64,000 nucleotides of DNA from a candidate division FCPU426 bacterium (GTDB lineage Bacteria; Oederibacteriota; Muellerivitia; Muellerivitales; Muellerivitaceae): positions 160,001-224,000 of the forward strand of contig CAVTWJ010000001.1 of assembly GCA_963738405.1 (NCBI GenBank). Reading direction: 5' to 3'. This document shows, piece by piece, positions 45,872 to 55,904 of the stretch. How positions within the stretch are numbered: the stretch's first letter is position 1; the number at the start of each line of letters is the position of its first letter. The notes under the pieces were generated by a model. The model did not search any database. It saw only the letters and a program-made list of their open reading frames with translations, and was not told the origin of the DNA. The position numbers and the translations under genes are program-made.

Positions 45872-47503
45872 ATGGTTTTTAAAGGGCGGGTTTTAAAAGG
45901 CTTCTTTTTTGGTTTATTCGCCCTTTTTATTCTTTTTCCAGCCATGCCGGGTTCTTACCATGCCTTTGCCTTATCAGATAGTCCTCAGCAATGGTTTGAT
46001 CAATTTACCGCTGGCAATCCCGTCACAAACGCCGCTAGTAACCCGGTTATCAATAATTGGACTCTTTCTTATACTGGTGGCCAGACCTACAACTTGTCCG
46101 TAACGCAGTTTAATAGTTCTGCGGGTGGACCGGTGACATCGGATGGTTTAATTTCCTATGCTCCTATAACCTCAACCGAACCGCCTTACGAATATGCTGA
46201 AATTAGCTCCCCTGCCTTTTCGGGCTGCAGTCCCTGCGCCGTGACCCTAACTTATAAAGATCCCAGTAATTTGGTCGCAAGTGGGCAGTACATAATGGTT
46301 GATGTTCTTACCCTCACTTCGCCAAAGCAATTTCAACTGGTTGTTACCGGTACCGACGGAACCACAATTGTTTCGTCTTCTAGTGATATTTTGAACAATT
46401 GTCTAAATCCTCCTGCGACCATTGCACAAAACACCATTAATGACCAGTGGGCGACAGTTTTTATTTCAAATACCCTGTCGGTTCCGGTTTCAACCGTTAG
46501 TTTGATTATTCCCAATGGTTCGGCAGGAGATCTGGATCAGAATGACGGTGATTTTGTTTATGTAGATGATCTTTTCGACAATGATAAATTATCTTGTCTG
46601 GTTCCACCCACCCCCACCTTCACCATGACCGCCACTCCCTCAAGCACTTTTACGGACACACCCACCGTTACGCCCACTCCTACTGTAACCCTTAGTCCCA
46701 CTCCGACCTCTTCACCCACAGTCACTCCAACTCATACGCAGACCTCTACTCCCTCAAGTACGCCGACAGTCACTAGCACCTTTACCCAAACGTCCACCCC
46801 AACCCCGACGGTATCGCCCACCCCAACCTCTTCTCCAACCGTCACTCCGACTATCACCGCGACTTCGACTTTGACTTCCACCTTAACGGCAACCGGCACC
46901 CCCACTCCCACCAATTCACCTCCACCACCCTTTACGGCAACTAATACTGGAACATCCACACCATCTCCGACACCTGCCAATACCGGGACGCCTTCTTACA
47001 CACCCACGCCTTCAAATACTCCGAGTCCGACATCATCTCCGACCCCGTCGTGGACCTTAACCCCTTCTTTCTCGCCCACACCTTCTTTGACGCCGACGGT
47101 CACCACGACTCCAACCATTACCAACACGCCGCTTCCAACGGCGACCTATACCAATACGCCCTGTCCGGTGGATGTTTACCCCAACCCTATGGATTTCCAG
47201 CACAATCCGGCCTTCAACAATAATTGCCCCTCCTCAAGCCCCTGCATCAAATTTAGTTGCATACCTCCCACCTCCACCTTGAGTATTTACACCGTTTCTC
47301 TGGCCTTGGTGAGAACTTTCGGTCCGAACTACGATTCCAATTATGTTTTCATTCCCAGCACGGGAACAGGATTGATCACCTGGGATGGCAATAATGGAGA
47401 TGGGAACCCGGTAGCTTCTGGTTTTTATCTTTACAAGATTGAAGGTCCCAACGGCAGAACCTTTGGAAAATTCGCTATTTCTCGATCCTCGAACGGGCCC
47501 TAA
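45872..47503 (+). CDS. Secreted protein with Thr/Pro stalk and C-terminal T9SS-CTD-like (FlgD-Ig) domain
   Basis: Signal peptide; about 185-aa T/P/S linker; VYPNP...[11 protein letters not shown]...[20 protein letters not shown]...GKFAISR. Confidence 0.82.
   Translation: MVFKGRVLKGFFFGLFALFILFPAMPGSYHAFALSDSPQQWFDQFTAGNPVTNAASNPVINNWTLSYTGGQTYNLSVTQFNSSAGGPVTSDGLISYAPITSTEPPYEYAEISSPAFSGCSPCAVTLTYKDPSNLVASGQYIMVDVLTLTSPKQFQLVVTGTDGTTIVSSSSDILNNCLNPPATIAQNTINDQWATVFISNTLSVPVSTVSLIIPNGSAGDLDQNDGDFVYVDDLFDNDKLSCLVPPTPTFTMTATPSSTFTDTPTVTPTPTVTLSPTPTSSPTVTPTHTQTSTPSSTPTVTSTFTQTSTPTPTVSPTPTSSPTVTPTITATSTLTSTLTATGTPTPTNSPPPPFTATNTGTSTPSPTPANTGTPSYTPTPSNTPSPTSSPTPSWTLTPSFSPTPSLTPTVTTTPTITNTPLPTATYTNTPCPVDVYPNPMDFQHNPAFNNNCPSSSPCIKFSCIPPTSTLSIYTVSLALVRTFGPNYDSNYVFIPSTGTGLITWDGNNGDGNPVASGFYLYKIEGPNGRTFGKFAISRSSNGP
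46601..47166 (+). repeat. Coding low-complexity Thr/Pro/Ser repeat region
   Basis: Degenerate TPT repeats including two copies of [13 protein letters not shown]; strongly C-rich DNA. Confidence 0.85.
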
Positions 47504-47506
47504 ACC

Positions 47507-48475
47507 ATGTCCTCTTTCAAATTTCTATTGTTGGTTATTGTCTGCGTGTTTTTCTTTTCAAATAAACCAGCAGATGCTCAGTCAACTTCTAATGGCGGCC
47601 GGGACGCTTTCGACTTCATCAATCTTTCACCTATTTCCAGGGCGGTCGGCGTAGGGGAAGCCTATTCTGCACTGGGGGATGATGTGGGTTCGGTTTATTA
47701 CAATCCGGCGGGGTTGGCGAGTGTTTTGACAAACGAAATGAACATAACTTATCTTTCCCTTTACCAACAAATGAATTACGAGTTCATCGCCTTTGCGACC
47801 CCGATTCAACCCGCCTTTCCATCTCTAGGCGGTGTGGTTGCTATTAGTGCGGGACTTCTTCAGCCTGGAAGCATGAATCGAACAAACGATCAGGGTGTTA
47901 CCACCGGGACTTTTTCCAGTGGAGATGAGGTATTCACGCTGGCCTATGCGAAGGATATCAGCCCTTCTTTTCATGTGGGAGCGTCGTTAAAGTTATTGAA
48001 CCAACAAATTGATACGGTTCAAACTTCTCTCTTTGCCGTGGACGCAGGCTTGGTCATGATTCCTCCCTTTCAGGGAATGCGGGCCGGGGTGGTATTTAAA
48101 AACATTGGAGCTCAGGATTCTGGGTTCAATCTGCCATTTACGCTCTCGGGTGGGCTTTCATACCGGCAATACGAACTTTTTGCCGATCAAGACGATGGAG
48201 CGATAACGGGTGAAGTGTCCTTTCCGATTGAACCGATCGAGAATCCCATTGGGGCCGCAATAGGCATCGAATATAACTATAAATGGGTTGGAAACAGGGC
48301 TACGGTGCGGGCTGGGTATAAATATCAGAATAATGGATTGGGCGGGGAAGGGCTAACCTTGGGTGCGGGTTATGGTTTGGACCTAGCTGGTGCGGTACTG
48401 TTTTTAGATTATGCCTATGCCCCCGCGGATTTATTTGGAGATACTAACCGTATATCCCTGACGACTAAATTTTGA
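47507..48475 (+). CDS. PorV/PorQ-like outer-membrane beta-barrel
   Basis: Signal peptide; SRAVGVGEAYSALGDDVGSVYYNPAGL; amphipathic strands; C-terminal RISLTTKF. Confidence 0.82.
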   Translation: MSSFKFLLLVIVCVFFFSNKPADAQSTSNGGRDAFDFINLSPISRAVGVGEAYSALGDDVGSVYYNPAGLASVLTNEMNITYLSLYQQMNYEFIAFATPIQPAFPSLGGVVAISAGLLQPGSMNRTNDQGVTTGTFSSGDEVFTLAYAKDISPSFHVGASLKLLNQQIDTVQTSLFAVDAGLVMIPPFQGMRAGVVFKNIGAQDSGFNLPFTLSGGLSYRQYELFADQDDGAITGEVSFPIEPIENPIGAAIGIEYNYKWVGNRATVRAGYKYQNNGLGGEGLTLGAGYGLDLAGAVLFLDYAYAPADLFGDTNRISLTTKF

Positions 48476-48486
48476 GGCGCTTTTAT

Positions 48487-49482
48487 ATGATTAAGAATTT
48501 TTCTCCTTTGCCGAGGGTTGCTGCACTTTTGATTTGTTCGATCTCGGGATTCCTTTTTTATTCCGCCCTAACCCCGGTGTTGGCTCAATCTGTGGGAACT
48601 ACGACGGCCGATATTCTCAAAATCAATTCAGGCGCAAGGCCTGCTGCCATGGCAGGGGTTTACACCGCTCTAGGGGATGATGCCTATGCGGTTCAATATA
48701 ACCCGGCGGGAATCGCCAAAATTCAGGCCAGTCAGGCCATCTTTACCCACTTGGATAGCTTGGCCGATATTTCTTACGAATATTTCATTTTCGCAACAGC
48801 CGTCGGGACCGACGGGGCCTTAGCCGCTGCCTTTACTTACCGTTACATGCCTCCCATTGACAACCAAAACGGGAATCCTCCGGCTAATTCCAATGACCTG
48901 TTAGGAGCTTTAAGTTATGGCCGAAAATTAGGAGATAACATTCGCGCGGGGTTGACCTTGAAATACCTTCAATCCACTTTGGCGCAATATTCCGCGGGCG
49001 CTGTCATGGGAGATATCGGGCTCCAACTTGACCGGTTGCCCTTTGGACTCAAAGCGGGGTTGGCAGTGCAAAATATCGGCCCTGGAATGACCTTCAATCC
49101 CGCCTCGTCCCCCGACCCGCTTCCAATGTTCATTCGATTTGGCCTTGGGATCCATCAGGTTTTTGAGGGCCAAAGGGATTTTAACGCCGCTCTTGAGGTG
49201 TTCAAACCTTCCGACCAGGATATCAAATTAGAAATAGGCGGGGAGGGGTGGCTTTTCCCAAATCTATTTGTGGTTAGGGCGGGGTACCGAATGGAAAGTT
49301 TGAGCTCAACCACGGGCAACGTTTTCAATAACTATACTTTGGGATGTTCCTTGGTTCAGCAATGGGATGAGAATGATTTCTCGCTCGACATCGCCTATGA
49401 CCCGGCTAATTTCGGATCAACTTCCCAGGATACTTTCTTTTTTGGATTGAACGTAAAGTTCAACCAATTGCGACTCTTGTAG
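48487..49482 (+). CDS. PorV/PorQ-like outer-membrane beta-barrel (paralog)
   Basis: Signal peptide; GARPAAMAGVYTALGDDAYAVQYNPAGI; GLAVQNIG...PLPMFIRFG; final strand FFFGLNVKF. Confidence 0.82.
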   Translation: MIKNFSPLPRVAALLICSISGFLFYSALTPVLAQSVGTTTADILKINSGARPAAMAGVYTALGDDAYAVQYNPAGIAKIQASQAIFTHLDSLADISYEYFIFATAVGTDGALAAAFTYRYMPPIDNQNGNPPANSNDLLGALSYGRKLGDNIRAGLTLKYLQSTLAQYSAGAVMGDIGLQLDRLPFGLKAGLAVQNIGPGMTFNPASSPDPLPMFIRFGLGIHQVFEGQRDFNAALEVFKPSDQDIKLEIGGEGWLFPNLFVVRAGYRMESLSSTTGNVFNNYTLGCSLVQQWDENDFSLDIAYDPANFGSTSQDTFFFGLNVKFNQLRLL

Positions 49483-49510
49483 ATAACCCAAACAAGAATT
49501 CTTTCTTCAA

Positions 49511-49539
49511 TTGACAAGCCCTACGCCTCCTGATAATGT
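49511..49539 (+). promoter_or_regulatory. Sigma70-type promoter of tRNA-Phe
   Basis: TTGACA-N17-TAATGT with extended -10 TG. Confidence 0.6.
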
Positions 49540-49574
49540 TCAGGGCTGTTTTTATTTTGTCCTTGGCCCTTGCC

Positions 49575-49650
<76 letters not shown>

Positions 49651-49754
49651 TTTTTGAAATTGGGTTAGGCCCTTACCCGCCCTTATTTTTAAAAGTAATG
49701 GGATCTTGATTTAGAAATAAATTTTTAAAAAACCTATTCAAAGCGAGCAAACCT

Positions 49755-51164
49755 TTGGAACGATCTGATTTGGTTCCAACGTCCATTCTTAAGCTCTGCG
49801 ATATTCGCGGCCAATATCCAAAGCCTTTAGGCAAACCCCAGGCTACTGCGGTGGGTCTTGGCATCGGGACTTTTCTTAAAGAATCTAAGAATCGAAATAT
49901 TAAGGTTGTGGTCGGCGGGGACATCCGCACCTCGACTGAAACTTTGAAAAAAAGCCTGCTTCAGGGGCTGGAGGAATCCGGCCTCAAAATTGTGGATGCG
50001 GGCCTGGTTTCCACGCCTTTGTTGTGTTTTGCCACCGGGTTTGCTTCCGCCGCAGCAGGAATCATGGTCACGGCTTCCCATAACCCTCCGGATTATAACG
50101 GGTTTAAGTTTTTCACGAATGGGGAGCCTGCCTCCGCAGCCTGGATTCATCAACTCTATCAAGTGCTTGAAAAGGGGGTTTTTCGAAAAGGAGCTGGAAT
50201 AACTGAAAAGAAAGATTTTTATCCCGATTACCGTAATCGACTTGTCCGGCAAATCGCCGCCAATTTCCAAGGAACGAAAATAGTCATTGATCCCGGAAAT
50301 GGCATGGCGGCCCTAACGGCTCCTCCGGTGTTTCAAACCCTTGGCTTTGAGGTAGAAACAGTCAATGGAACCTTGGATGGAGCTTACCCGGGAAGAGGCG
50401 CGGATAGTTCGGATCCCAAAGGGTTGGAAATTTTAGGACGTCGGGTCTTGAAATCCCGCGCTTCGCTTGGAGTGGCCTTTGACGGAGATGCGGACAGGGC
50501 CAGCTTTGTGGACGAACGGGGGAAGGAAGTCCCAAATGAAATCATTTTGGGACTTTTGGCTGGGGAATCCCTAAACCGCCAGCCGGGTTTTAAGGTGGTC
50601 TATGACGGGAAATGCTCCGATAGTTTGGACAAAATGATCCGTTCCAAAGGCGGGGTGCCTCTTTTGGAAAGATCCGGTCATACCTTTATTTACGATCGGT
50701 TTAAGCTGGAAAAGGCGATTATGGCAGGTGAGGCCAGCGGCCATTTTTTCCTTCAGGGACCTTTTCCAGGTGACGCTCTTTACGCCTGCTTGGCACTTCT
50801 AAAGACGCTTAAAAACCAAGGTAAGACACTTTCCCAGGCCATTCCCGATTTACCACACAGGCTTTCAACCCACGATGTGAAATTGCCGATGGATACTGTT
50901 CGTGCCCAGGTGGTCTTTGAAGGATTGAAATCAAAGGCCATGATGATGGGGGGAGAGGTTTCCGGGTTTGACGGCGTGCGCGCTGTTTTTAAGGAAGGGT
51001 GGGGAATTGTTCGTTTATCCGTAACGGAACCTGTTCTTTCCTGCAGGTTGGAGGCCGAAAGCAAGTCGAAATTAAAGGGTATTGCGGGAGAATGGCTGGA
51101 GAGTTTTCCGGAAATTCTTGCTCCAATGGTTGAGAGGATATCTTCTATTCACGATCAAGACTGA
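49755..51164 (+). CDS. Phosphomannomutase/phosphoglucomutase
   Basis: DIRG, TASHNP phosphoserine loop, DGDADR metal loop, GEASGH sugar loop; start uncertain. Confidence 0.93.
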   Translation: MERSDLVPTSILKLCDIRGQYPKPLGKPQATAVGLGIGTFLKESKNRNIKVVVGGDIRTSTETLKKSLLQGLEESGLKIVDAGLVSTPLLCFATGFASAAAGIMVTASHNPPDYNGFKFFTNGEPASAAWIHQLYQVLEKGVFRKGAGITEKKDFYPDYRNRLVRQIAANFQGTKIVIDPGNGMAALTAPPVFQTLGFEVETVNGTLDGAYPGRGADSSDPKGLEILGRRVLKSRASLGVAFDGDADRASFVDERGKEVPNEIILGLLAGESLNRQPGFKVVYDGKCSDSLDKMIRSKGGVPLLERSGHTFIYDRFKLEKAIMAGEASGHFFLQGPFPGDALYACLALLKTLKNQGKTLSQAIPDLPHRLSTHDVKLPMDTVRAQVVFEGLKSKAMMMGGEVSGFDGVRAVFKEGWGIVRLSVTEPVLSCRLEAESKSKLKGIAGEWLESFPEILAPMVERISSIHDQD

Positions 51165-51174
51165 AAGGTTTTCC

Positions 51175-51594
51175 GTGCTTTATTGTCTTTTTGTTGGAGG
51201 TTTTAAAGATCCTCGATTGGAAGCCCTGACCGAGGAGCTACATCAACGTCTGAACCGTCTTTGGCCCGTTACAAAGGTCGTTCTCAAGGAACAATCCAGA
51301 GATATTCAAAAATGGATTGATCAGCACAATGGAAGAGGCGTGTTTTTATCCTTGGATCCGGCCGGAAAAACCATGGATTCACTGGAATTTGCCCATTGGG
51401 TAACCCGAAGTTCTCAAGACCTGTATTTTTTTGCCTGGGGTGCTCGGGGACCCTTAGAGGGTGTAGATCTTCCAATCCATCGGAAAATAAGCCTTTCTTC
51501 GATGACTTTTTCCCACGAGCTGGCACGTGTTATTTTTTTTGAACAGCTTTACCGTTCGGGGGCAATCTTAAAGGGGCATCCCTATCCCAAGTAA
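51175..51594 (+). CDS. rlmH: 23S rRNA pseudouridine-1915 methyltransferase RlmH-like (SPOUT), divergent
   Basis: LDPAGKTMDSLEFA, ISLSSMTFSHELARVIFFEQLYR...GHPY; GTG start after GAAAGG. Confidence 0.8.
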   Translation: MLYCLFVGGFKDPRLEALTEELHQRLNRLWPVTKVVLKEQSRDIQKWIDQHNGRGVFLSLDPAGKTMDSLEFAHWVTRSSQDLYFFAWGARGPLEGVDLPIHRKISLSSMTFSHELARVIFFEQLYRSGAILKGHPYPK

Positions 51595-51634
51595 TCAGTC
51601 GTCGGAGCGTTGCTTTAAAAATACTGTATGTGAT

Positions 51635-51664
51635 GGAAACCGGCTGAAGCATCTAACCGTCTAA
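51635..51664 (+). promoter_or_regulatory. Putative ECF-sigma promoter upstream of the FecR-domain gene
   Basis: GGAAAC-N17-CGTCTAA, resembling AAC/CGT ECF promoter boxes. Confidence 0.4.
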
Positions 51665-51725
51665 CCATTAGTGCGAAGATGCTCTGTGATTAGATTCGAG
51701 CTTTAACAATGTTTTGGAGGAAATC

Positions 51726-52553
51726 ATGAGAAAGCCAAAACGGATGCGTGGATACCTTGTGGGGCTCCTAGCCATTGCTTTTGCGGGGGCTTACCCCTCG
51801 AAGGGACTTCCCCAAAGTGAGGGGGTTAACGAGCAGGCTGAATATATTATCGAAGATATTCAAGGATCCGACGTCCAAGTTTTGGAGGATGGGAGTCAGA
51901 ACTGGGAAAAGGCTCAAGAAGGCCAAGAAGTGGAATCAGGAGACCAGGTCAAAACCGGGGATAATAGTCAGGCCAACCTTATGCTGGAATCAGAAACAAC
52001 TGTTCATCTGGATTCCAATAGCACGATCAAAGTGGATCAGGTTACATCCAACGAAAACGGTGGGTTTTTAAGCCGATTAGATATGCTGGCTGGAAATCTT
52101 TTGGCGGATGTTAAGAAAAATCTTCAAGAAAGTAATTCCACATTTGAAGTGGACGCCAATGGGGTTGTTTGCGGAGTTCGAGGAACCGCCTTTGAAGTGG
52201 GTTTTAACGGGGGCGAGATACAGACCTCTACCCACGAGGGTAAAGTCGAGGTGGTGGATCGGGATCATCAATCGCATTTCGTGGAAGCGGGCAATGCCTC
52301 CACGTTTAACAACGGTCACTTTCGTCTCGAACGACGGCTGGAGCGAAAGGAAATGGACCGGTTTCAACAGTGGCGCCAATATCGTAAGCAAATCTTCGTG
52401 AAAAGGCTCCGGAGGTTGAAGGATATCGTCGAACATCGGCGCATGATGTGGAAGCGTCACACTCCTCATCCGGGCAATCGCCCAGGAGTTCGGTTCGGAC
52501 GGGAAAAAAGGCAATTAAAGAGACAACGTATGGAGCGGAGGAATCAGCCTTAA
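51726..52553 (+). CDS. Exported FecR-domain protein with Arg-rich tail
   Basis: N-terminal hydrophobic segment; GDQVKTGDNSQA, GVRGTAFEV, STHEGKVEV; GGAGG RBS. Confidence 0.8.
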   Translation: MRKPKRMRGYLVGLLAIAFAGAYPSKGLPQSEGVNEQAEYIIEDIQGSDVQVLEDGSQNWEKAQEGQEVESGDQVKTGDNSQANLMLESETTVHLDSNSTIKVDQVTSNENGGFLSRLDMLAGNLLADVKKNLQESNSTFEVDANGVVCGVRGTAFEVGFNGGEIQTSTHEGKVEVVDRDHQSHFVEAGNASTFNNGHFRLERRLERKEMDRFQQWRQYRKQIFVKRLRRLKDIVEHRRMMWKRHTPHPGNRPGVRFGREKRQLKRQRMERRNQP

Positions 52554-52591
52554 TAAATGGAAAGGCTGGTTTTATGGACAACAACTTGGGT

Positions 52592-52634
52592 AGAATCAAA
52601 AAAGAGAGGAGAGACACCTCTCTTTTTTGATTCT
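52592..52634. terminator. 18-bp perfect inverted repeat, probable (bidirectional) terminator
   Basis: AGAATCAAAAAAGAGAGG-agagaca-CCTCTCTTTTTTGATTCT. Confidence 0.6.
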
Positions 52635-52651
52635 GGGGGGTCGAAAATATA

Positions 52652-54736
52652 ATGGATATTGCCTCAAGACTTGCGGCCTCTCTCCCTCCCGGCACCATTG
52701 AAAATCGTCCCCAACAAAACCGCATGGCCCAAGCCGTGGCAGATCTTCTGCAGCAGGGCGGCAATCTGATGGTGGAAGCAGGAACCGGGGTGGGAAAAAG
52801 CTTCGCCTATCTGTTGCCGGCCCTTGAATATGCTTTAAAAGAAGGCGGGCCTGTCGTTGTGTCGACCCATACCCTTACCCTTCAAGAACAATTGTTCCAA
52901 AAAGACCTGCCTATCGTGGTGGCTGCGCTTCAGGCGGAGGGATTGGGGCCTGTCCGGGCGGTTTTGCTTAAAGGGAGAGGAAATTATCTTTCTAAACGGC
53001 GGTTGGGTTTGGCTTTGGAAGGCGGCCGGCAAACCGACATTTTGGGCGAAGCAGATACCCTTTTTAAAATCCAGGAATGGTCCGCAACTTCCTGGGAAGG
53101 AACCCTTTCGGCGGCCCCCTTTTCAATTCAAAGCGATATTTGGAACGAGATCAAAAGCGATCCCTATCATTGCCTGGGCCCCAAGTGCGCTACCTTTGAC
53201 ACCTGTTTTTACCATTCAACGCGCAAAAAAGCCTACCAAGCCCACCTGATTCTAGTGAATCATGCGTTGTTACTCGCGGATCTGGCTTTAAAGATGGAAT
53301 CAGAACAAGGGGTCCTGCCTCCCTACCAGGCCCTCATTGTGGATGAGGCACATCATTTGCCTGCCCTGGCGGCGGAGCATTTGGCGACTTCCGTGAGTCA
53401 GTCGGAATGCAACGGATTAGTCCGACGGCTTCTTTTTACGGATGAGAAGGCACCGGGTGGAAAGGGTCTTTTTGCCGCCATACCTACGGCTGGTGCCGGG
53501 GAGGCCGTGGCGGATTTCAAAATGGGGATACAAGAGTTTTTTAGCAAGTTGGGGAAGCATTTGGAAGTTGGAGGGGGGGGTGTTAAAGCGGTCCGGATGC
53601 CGAATCCTCCACCCGAAATAAGTGTACTCGCAAGACCTTTGGGACGTTTGGAATCCCTTTTAGGGGACGCCGCTGAAACCGCTCCTTCCGAAGAATTGGG
53701 GATGGAGGCCAAGGGAACTCGCGAAGAATGCCGCGAAATGGTCCGGCGCCTTTCCTATATTTTAGAAAGGGGCTGGGGGGAAGAAGCCTGCTACTTGATA
53801 GAGCCTGATACCCACGCATACAAAAAAGGGGAGATGAGGGCTTCGTCGATTAGGGCGGTCCCTTTGGATTCTTCCGAACTTCTTAAAGAACACCTGCTTT
53901 CCTCTGTCAAAGCGGCGGTCTTCACCAGTGCCACCTTATCCGTTGGCGATGATTTTTCCTATTTCCGTCATGCTCTTGGACTGGATGGAGATGAAAACAG
54001 AGTGAAGGCCCTGCGGGTTGGGTCGCCGTTTGATTTCAGGCGCCAGGTCACCATGTTCCTTCCGCGTTCCATGCCGCATCCACGTAGGGAGGAGGCGCGG
54101 TTCAATCTTGAAGTCATAGAATATGTCCGCGCATCCCTTAAACAATCTCATGGAAAAGCCTTTGTTCTTTTTACTAGTTTCAAGATGTTGCGGCAGGTGG
54201 CGGAGGCCATCCGGGCGGATTTGGACCGTTTGGGTATTACTCTTTTGGTCCAGGGTGAGGAAGGATGGGACCGCACCCGTCTCTTGAAGGTTTTTCGGGA
54301 AGATATCCATTCCGTTCTGTTGGGGGTCAACAGTTTTTGGGAGGGGGTGGATGTGCCGGGCGAATCCCTTTCCAACCTCATCATCACCAAGCTTCCATTT
54401 CAAGTTCCGGAAGGCCCCCTGGTGGAGGCTAGACATTCCCGAATGAAGGAGGAGGGTTTAGAACCCTTTCAAGTGGAAAGCCTTCCCGAAGCGGTTTTAA
54501 GACTTAAACAAGGTTTTGGGCGATTGATTCGAAGTTCTACCGATGTGGGAACGGTCACCCTATTGGATCCCAGGGTCACCACCGAAAGATGGGGAAGGAT
54601 TTTTCTCGATTCCTTGCCGGATTGTGAGAAGGTTTTTCTTTCAAAACCAGGGCAAGTTGAGAATTCACTTACGTCATCTAAAAATGCTTCGGTTAAAGTC
54701 CCCAAACGGGCTTCAAAACCTCGTTCGGGGGGGTAA
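52652..54736 (+). CDS. DinG/YoaA-family ATP-dependent DNA helicase
   Basis: Q motif RPQQ, EAGTGVGKS, DEAHH, TSATL, FWEGVDVPG, QGFGRLIRS. Confidence 0.95.
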   Translation: MDIASRLAASLPPGTIENRPQQNRMAQAVADLLQQGGNLMVEAGTGVGKSFAYLLPALEYALKEGGPVVVSTHTLTLQEQLFQKDLPIVVAALQAEGLGPVRAVLLKGRGNYLSKRRLGLALEGGRQTDILGEADTLFKIQEWSATSWEGTLSAAPFSIQSDIWNEIKSDPYHCLGPKCATFDTCFYHSTRKKAYQAHLILVNHALLLADLALKMESEQGVLPPYQALIVDEAHHLPALAAEHLATSVSQSECNGLVRRLLFTDEKAPGGKGLFAAIPTAGAGEAVADFKMGIQEFFSKLGKHLEVGGGGVKAVRMPNPPPEISVLARPLGRLESLLGDAAETAPSEELGMEAKGTREECREMVRRLSYILERGWGEEACYLIEPDTHAYKKGEMRASSIRAVPLDSSELLKEHLLSSVKAAVFTSATLSVGDDFSYFRHALGLDGDENRVKALRVGSPFDFRRQVTMFLPRSMPHPRREEARFNLEVIEYVRASLKQSHGKAFVLFTSFKMLRQVAEAIRADLDRLGITLLVQGEEGWDRTRLLKVFREDIHSVLLGVNSFWEGVDVPGESLSNLIITKLPFQVPEGPLVEARHSRMKEEGLEPFQVESLPEAVLRLKQGFGRLIRSSTDVGTVTLLDPRVTTERWGRIFLDSLPDCEKVFLSKPGQVENSLTSSKNASVKVPKRASKPRSGG

Positions 54737-54845
54737 CCTATGGGGTTTCTGAAATTGGCCGGTTACACCAACTTCTCCCTTTCCAGCCCTTTGGATCAAT
54801 CCTTTCATTGTTGAACCGACTTCGATTGAGGGTAAAATAAACTCC

Positions 54846-55904
54846 ATGTCCCGCCCCTCAGCATCTTCTAAGGAAATTACGCCCTCTCCCGATGAAATTC
54901 GTCTTCTCAATACGGACACTCAAGGTGGCGAAGAGGAACCCACGCTCAGACCCCAGCATTTGGCAGAATATGTCGGTCAAACGGTTTTAAAGGAATCCCT
55001 TCTTATTGCATTGAAAGCGGCTCAACAGCGCAAAGAAGCTCTTGAACATCTACTGCTTTCCGGGCCGCCGGGTTTGGGGAAAACGACCTTGGCTTCCATC
55101 GTAGCAAAAGAAATGGGGGTCAACCTGAAGGCCACTTCGGGACCGATTATTGAAAGATCGGGGGACTTGGCCGCCCTCTTAACTAACCTCCAGCCCTTTG
55201 ACCTACTATTTATTGATGAAATCCATCGTCTGCCGAGGGTGGTTGAGGAGGTTCTATACCCCGCCATGGAAGATTTTCAACTCGATATCATGATAGGTAA
55301 AGGGCCGACGGCAAGGGCTATTCGTTTGCAACTGCCGCCCTTTACTCTAGTGGGGGCGACCACCCGCGCTGGAAAAGTAAGCGCGCCCCTAAGGGACCGG
55401 TTTGGGCTTTCCTTTAGGTTGGAATTTTATCAACCTGAAGAATTAATGGAAATTGTCCGCCGCTCCGCCCAGGTTTTAAAGGTTGAATTGACTGAGGATG
55501 GAGCCAAGGAAGTGGCTCAAAGATCCAGGGGAACCCCGCGCCTTGCCAACCGTCTTTTGCGAAGGGTAAGGGATTTCGCCGAAGTAAAGCGAAAGGGAAA
55601 GGTGGACCGGGAAGTGGCCGATGCAGCACTTAAACTCTTGGAAGTAGACGCCTTGGGACTCGATCGAATGGACAGGAGAATCCTCTTGAGCGTGATTGAA
55701 AAATATTCAGGCGGCCCGGTTGGTGTGGAAACTCTCGCCCTGTCGGTGGGTGAAGAACCAGAAACCGTTGAAGATGTATATGAACCCTTTTTGGTCCAGA
55801 TGGGCTTCCTTCAACGCACGCCCAGCGGCCGCAAGGCCACACCCCTGGCTTATCGGCATCTATCCATAACACTGCCGCCTGAAGCACAAGGGAGTCTTCT
55901 ATGA
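54846..55904 (+). CDS. ruvB: Holliday junction branch migration helicase RuvB
   Basis: [52 protein letters not shown]. Confidence 0.98.
   Translation: MSRPSASSKEITPSPDEIRLLNTDTQGGEEEPTLRPQHLAEYVGQTVLKESLLIALKAAQQRKEALEHLLLSGPPGLGKTTLASIVAKEMGVNLKATSGPIIERSGDLAALLTNLQPFDLLFIDEIHRLPRVVEEVLYPAMEDFQLDIMIGKGPTARAIRLQLPPFTLVGATTRAGKVSAPLRDRFGLSFRLEFYQPEELMEIVRRSAQVLKVELTEDGAKEVAQRSRGTPRLANRLLRRVRDFAEVKRKGKVDREVADAALKLLEVDALGLDRMDRRILLSVIEKYSGGPVGVETLALSVGEEPETVEDVYEPFLVQMGFLQRTPSGRKATPLAYRHLSITLPPEAQGSLL

Noticed and set aside
46601..47166. Repetitive C-rich DNA as possible CRISPR or tandem array
   Set aside because: Repeats are codon-degenerate, in frame and encode a Thr/Pro linker; there is no constant repeat-spacer pattern.
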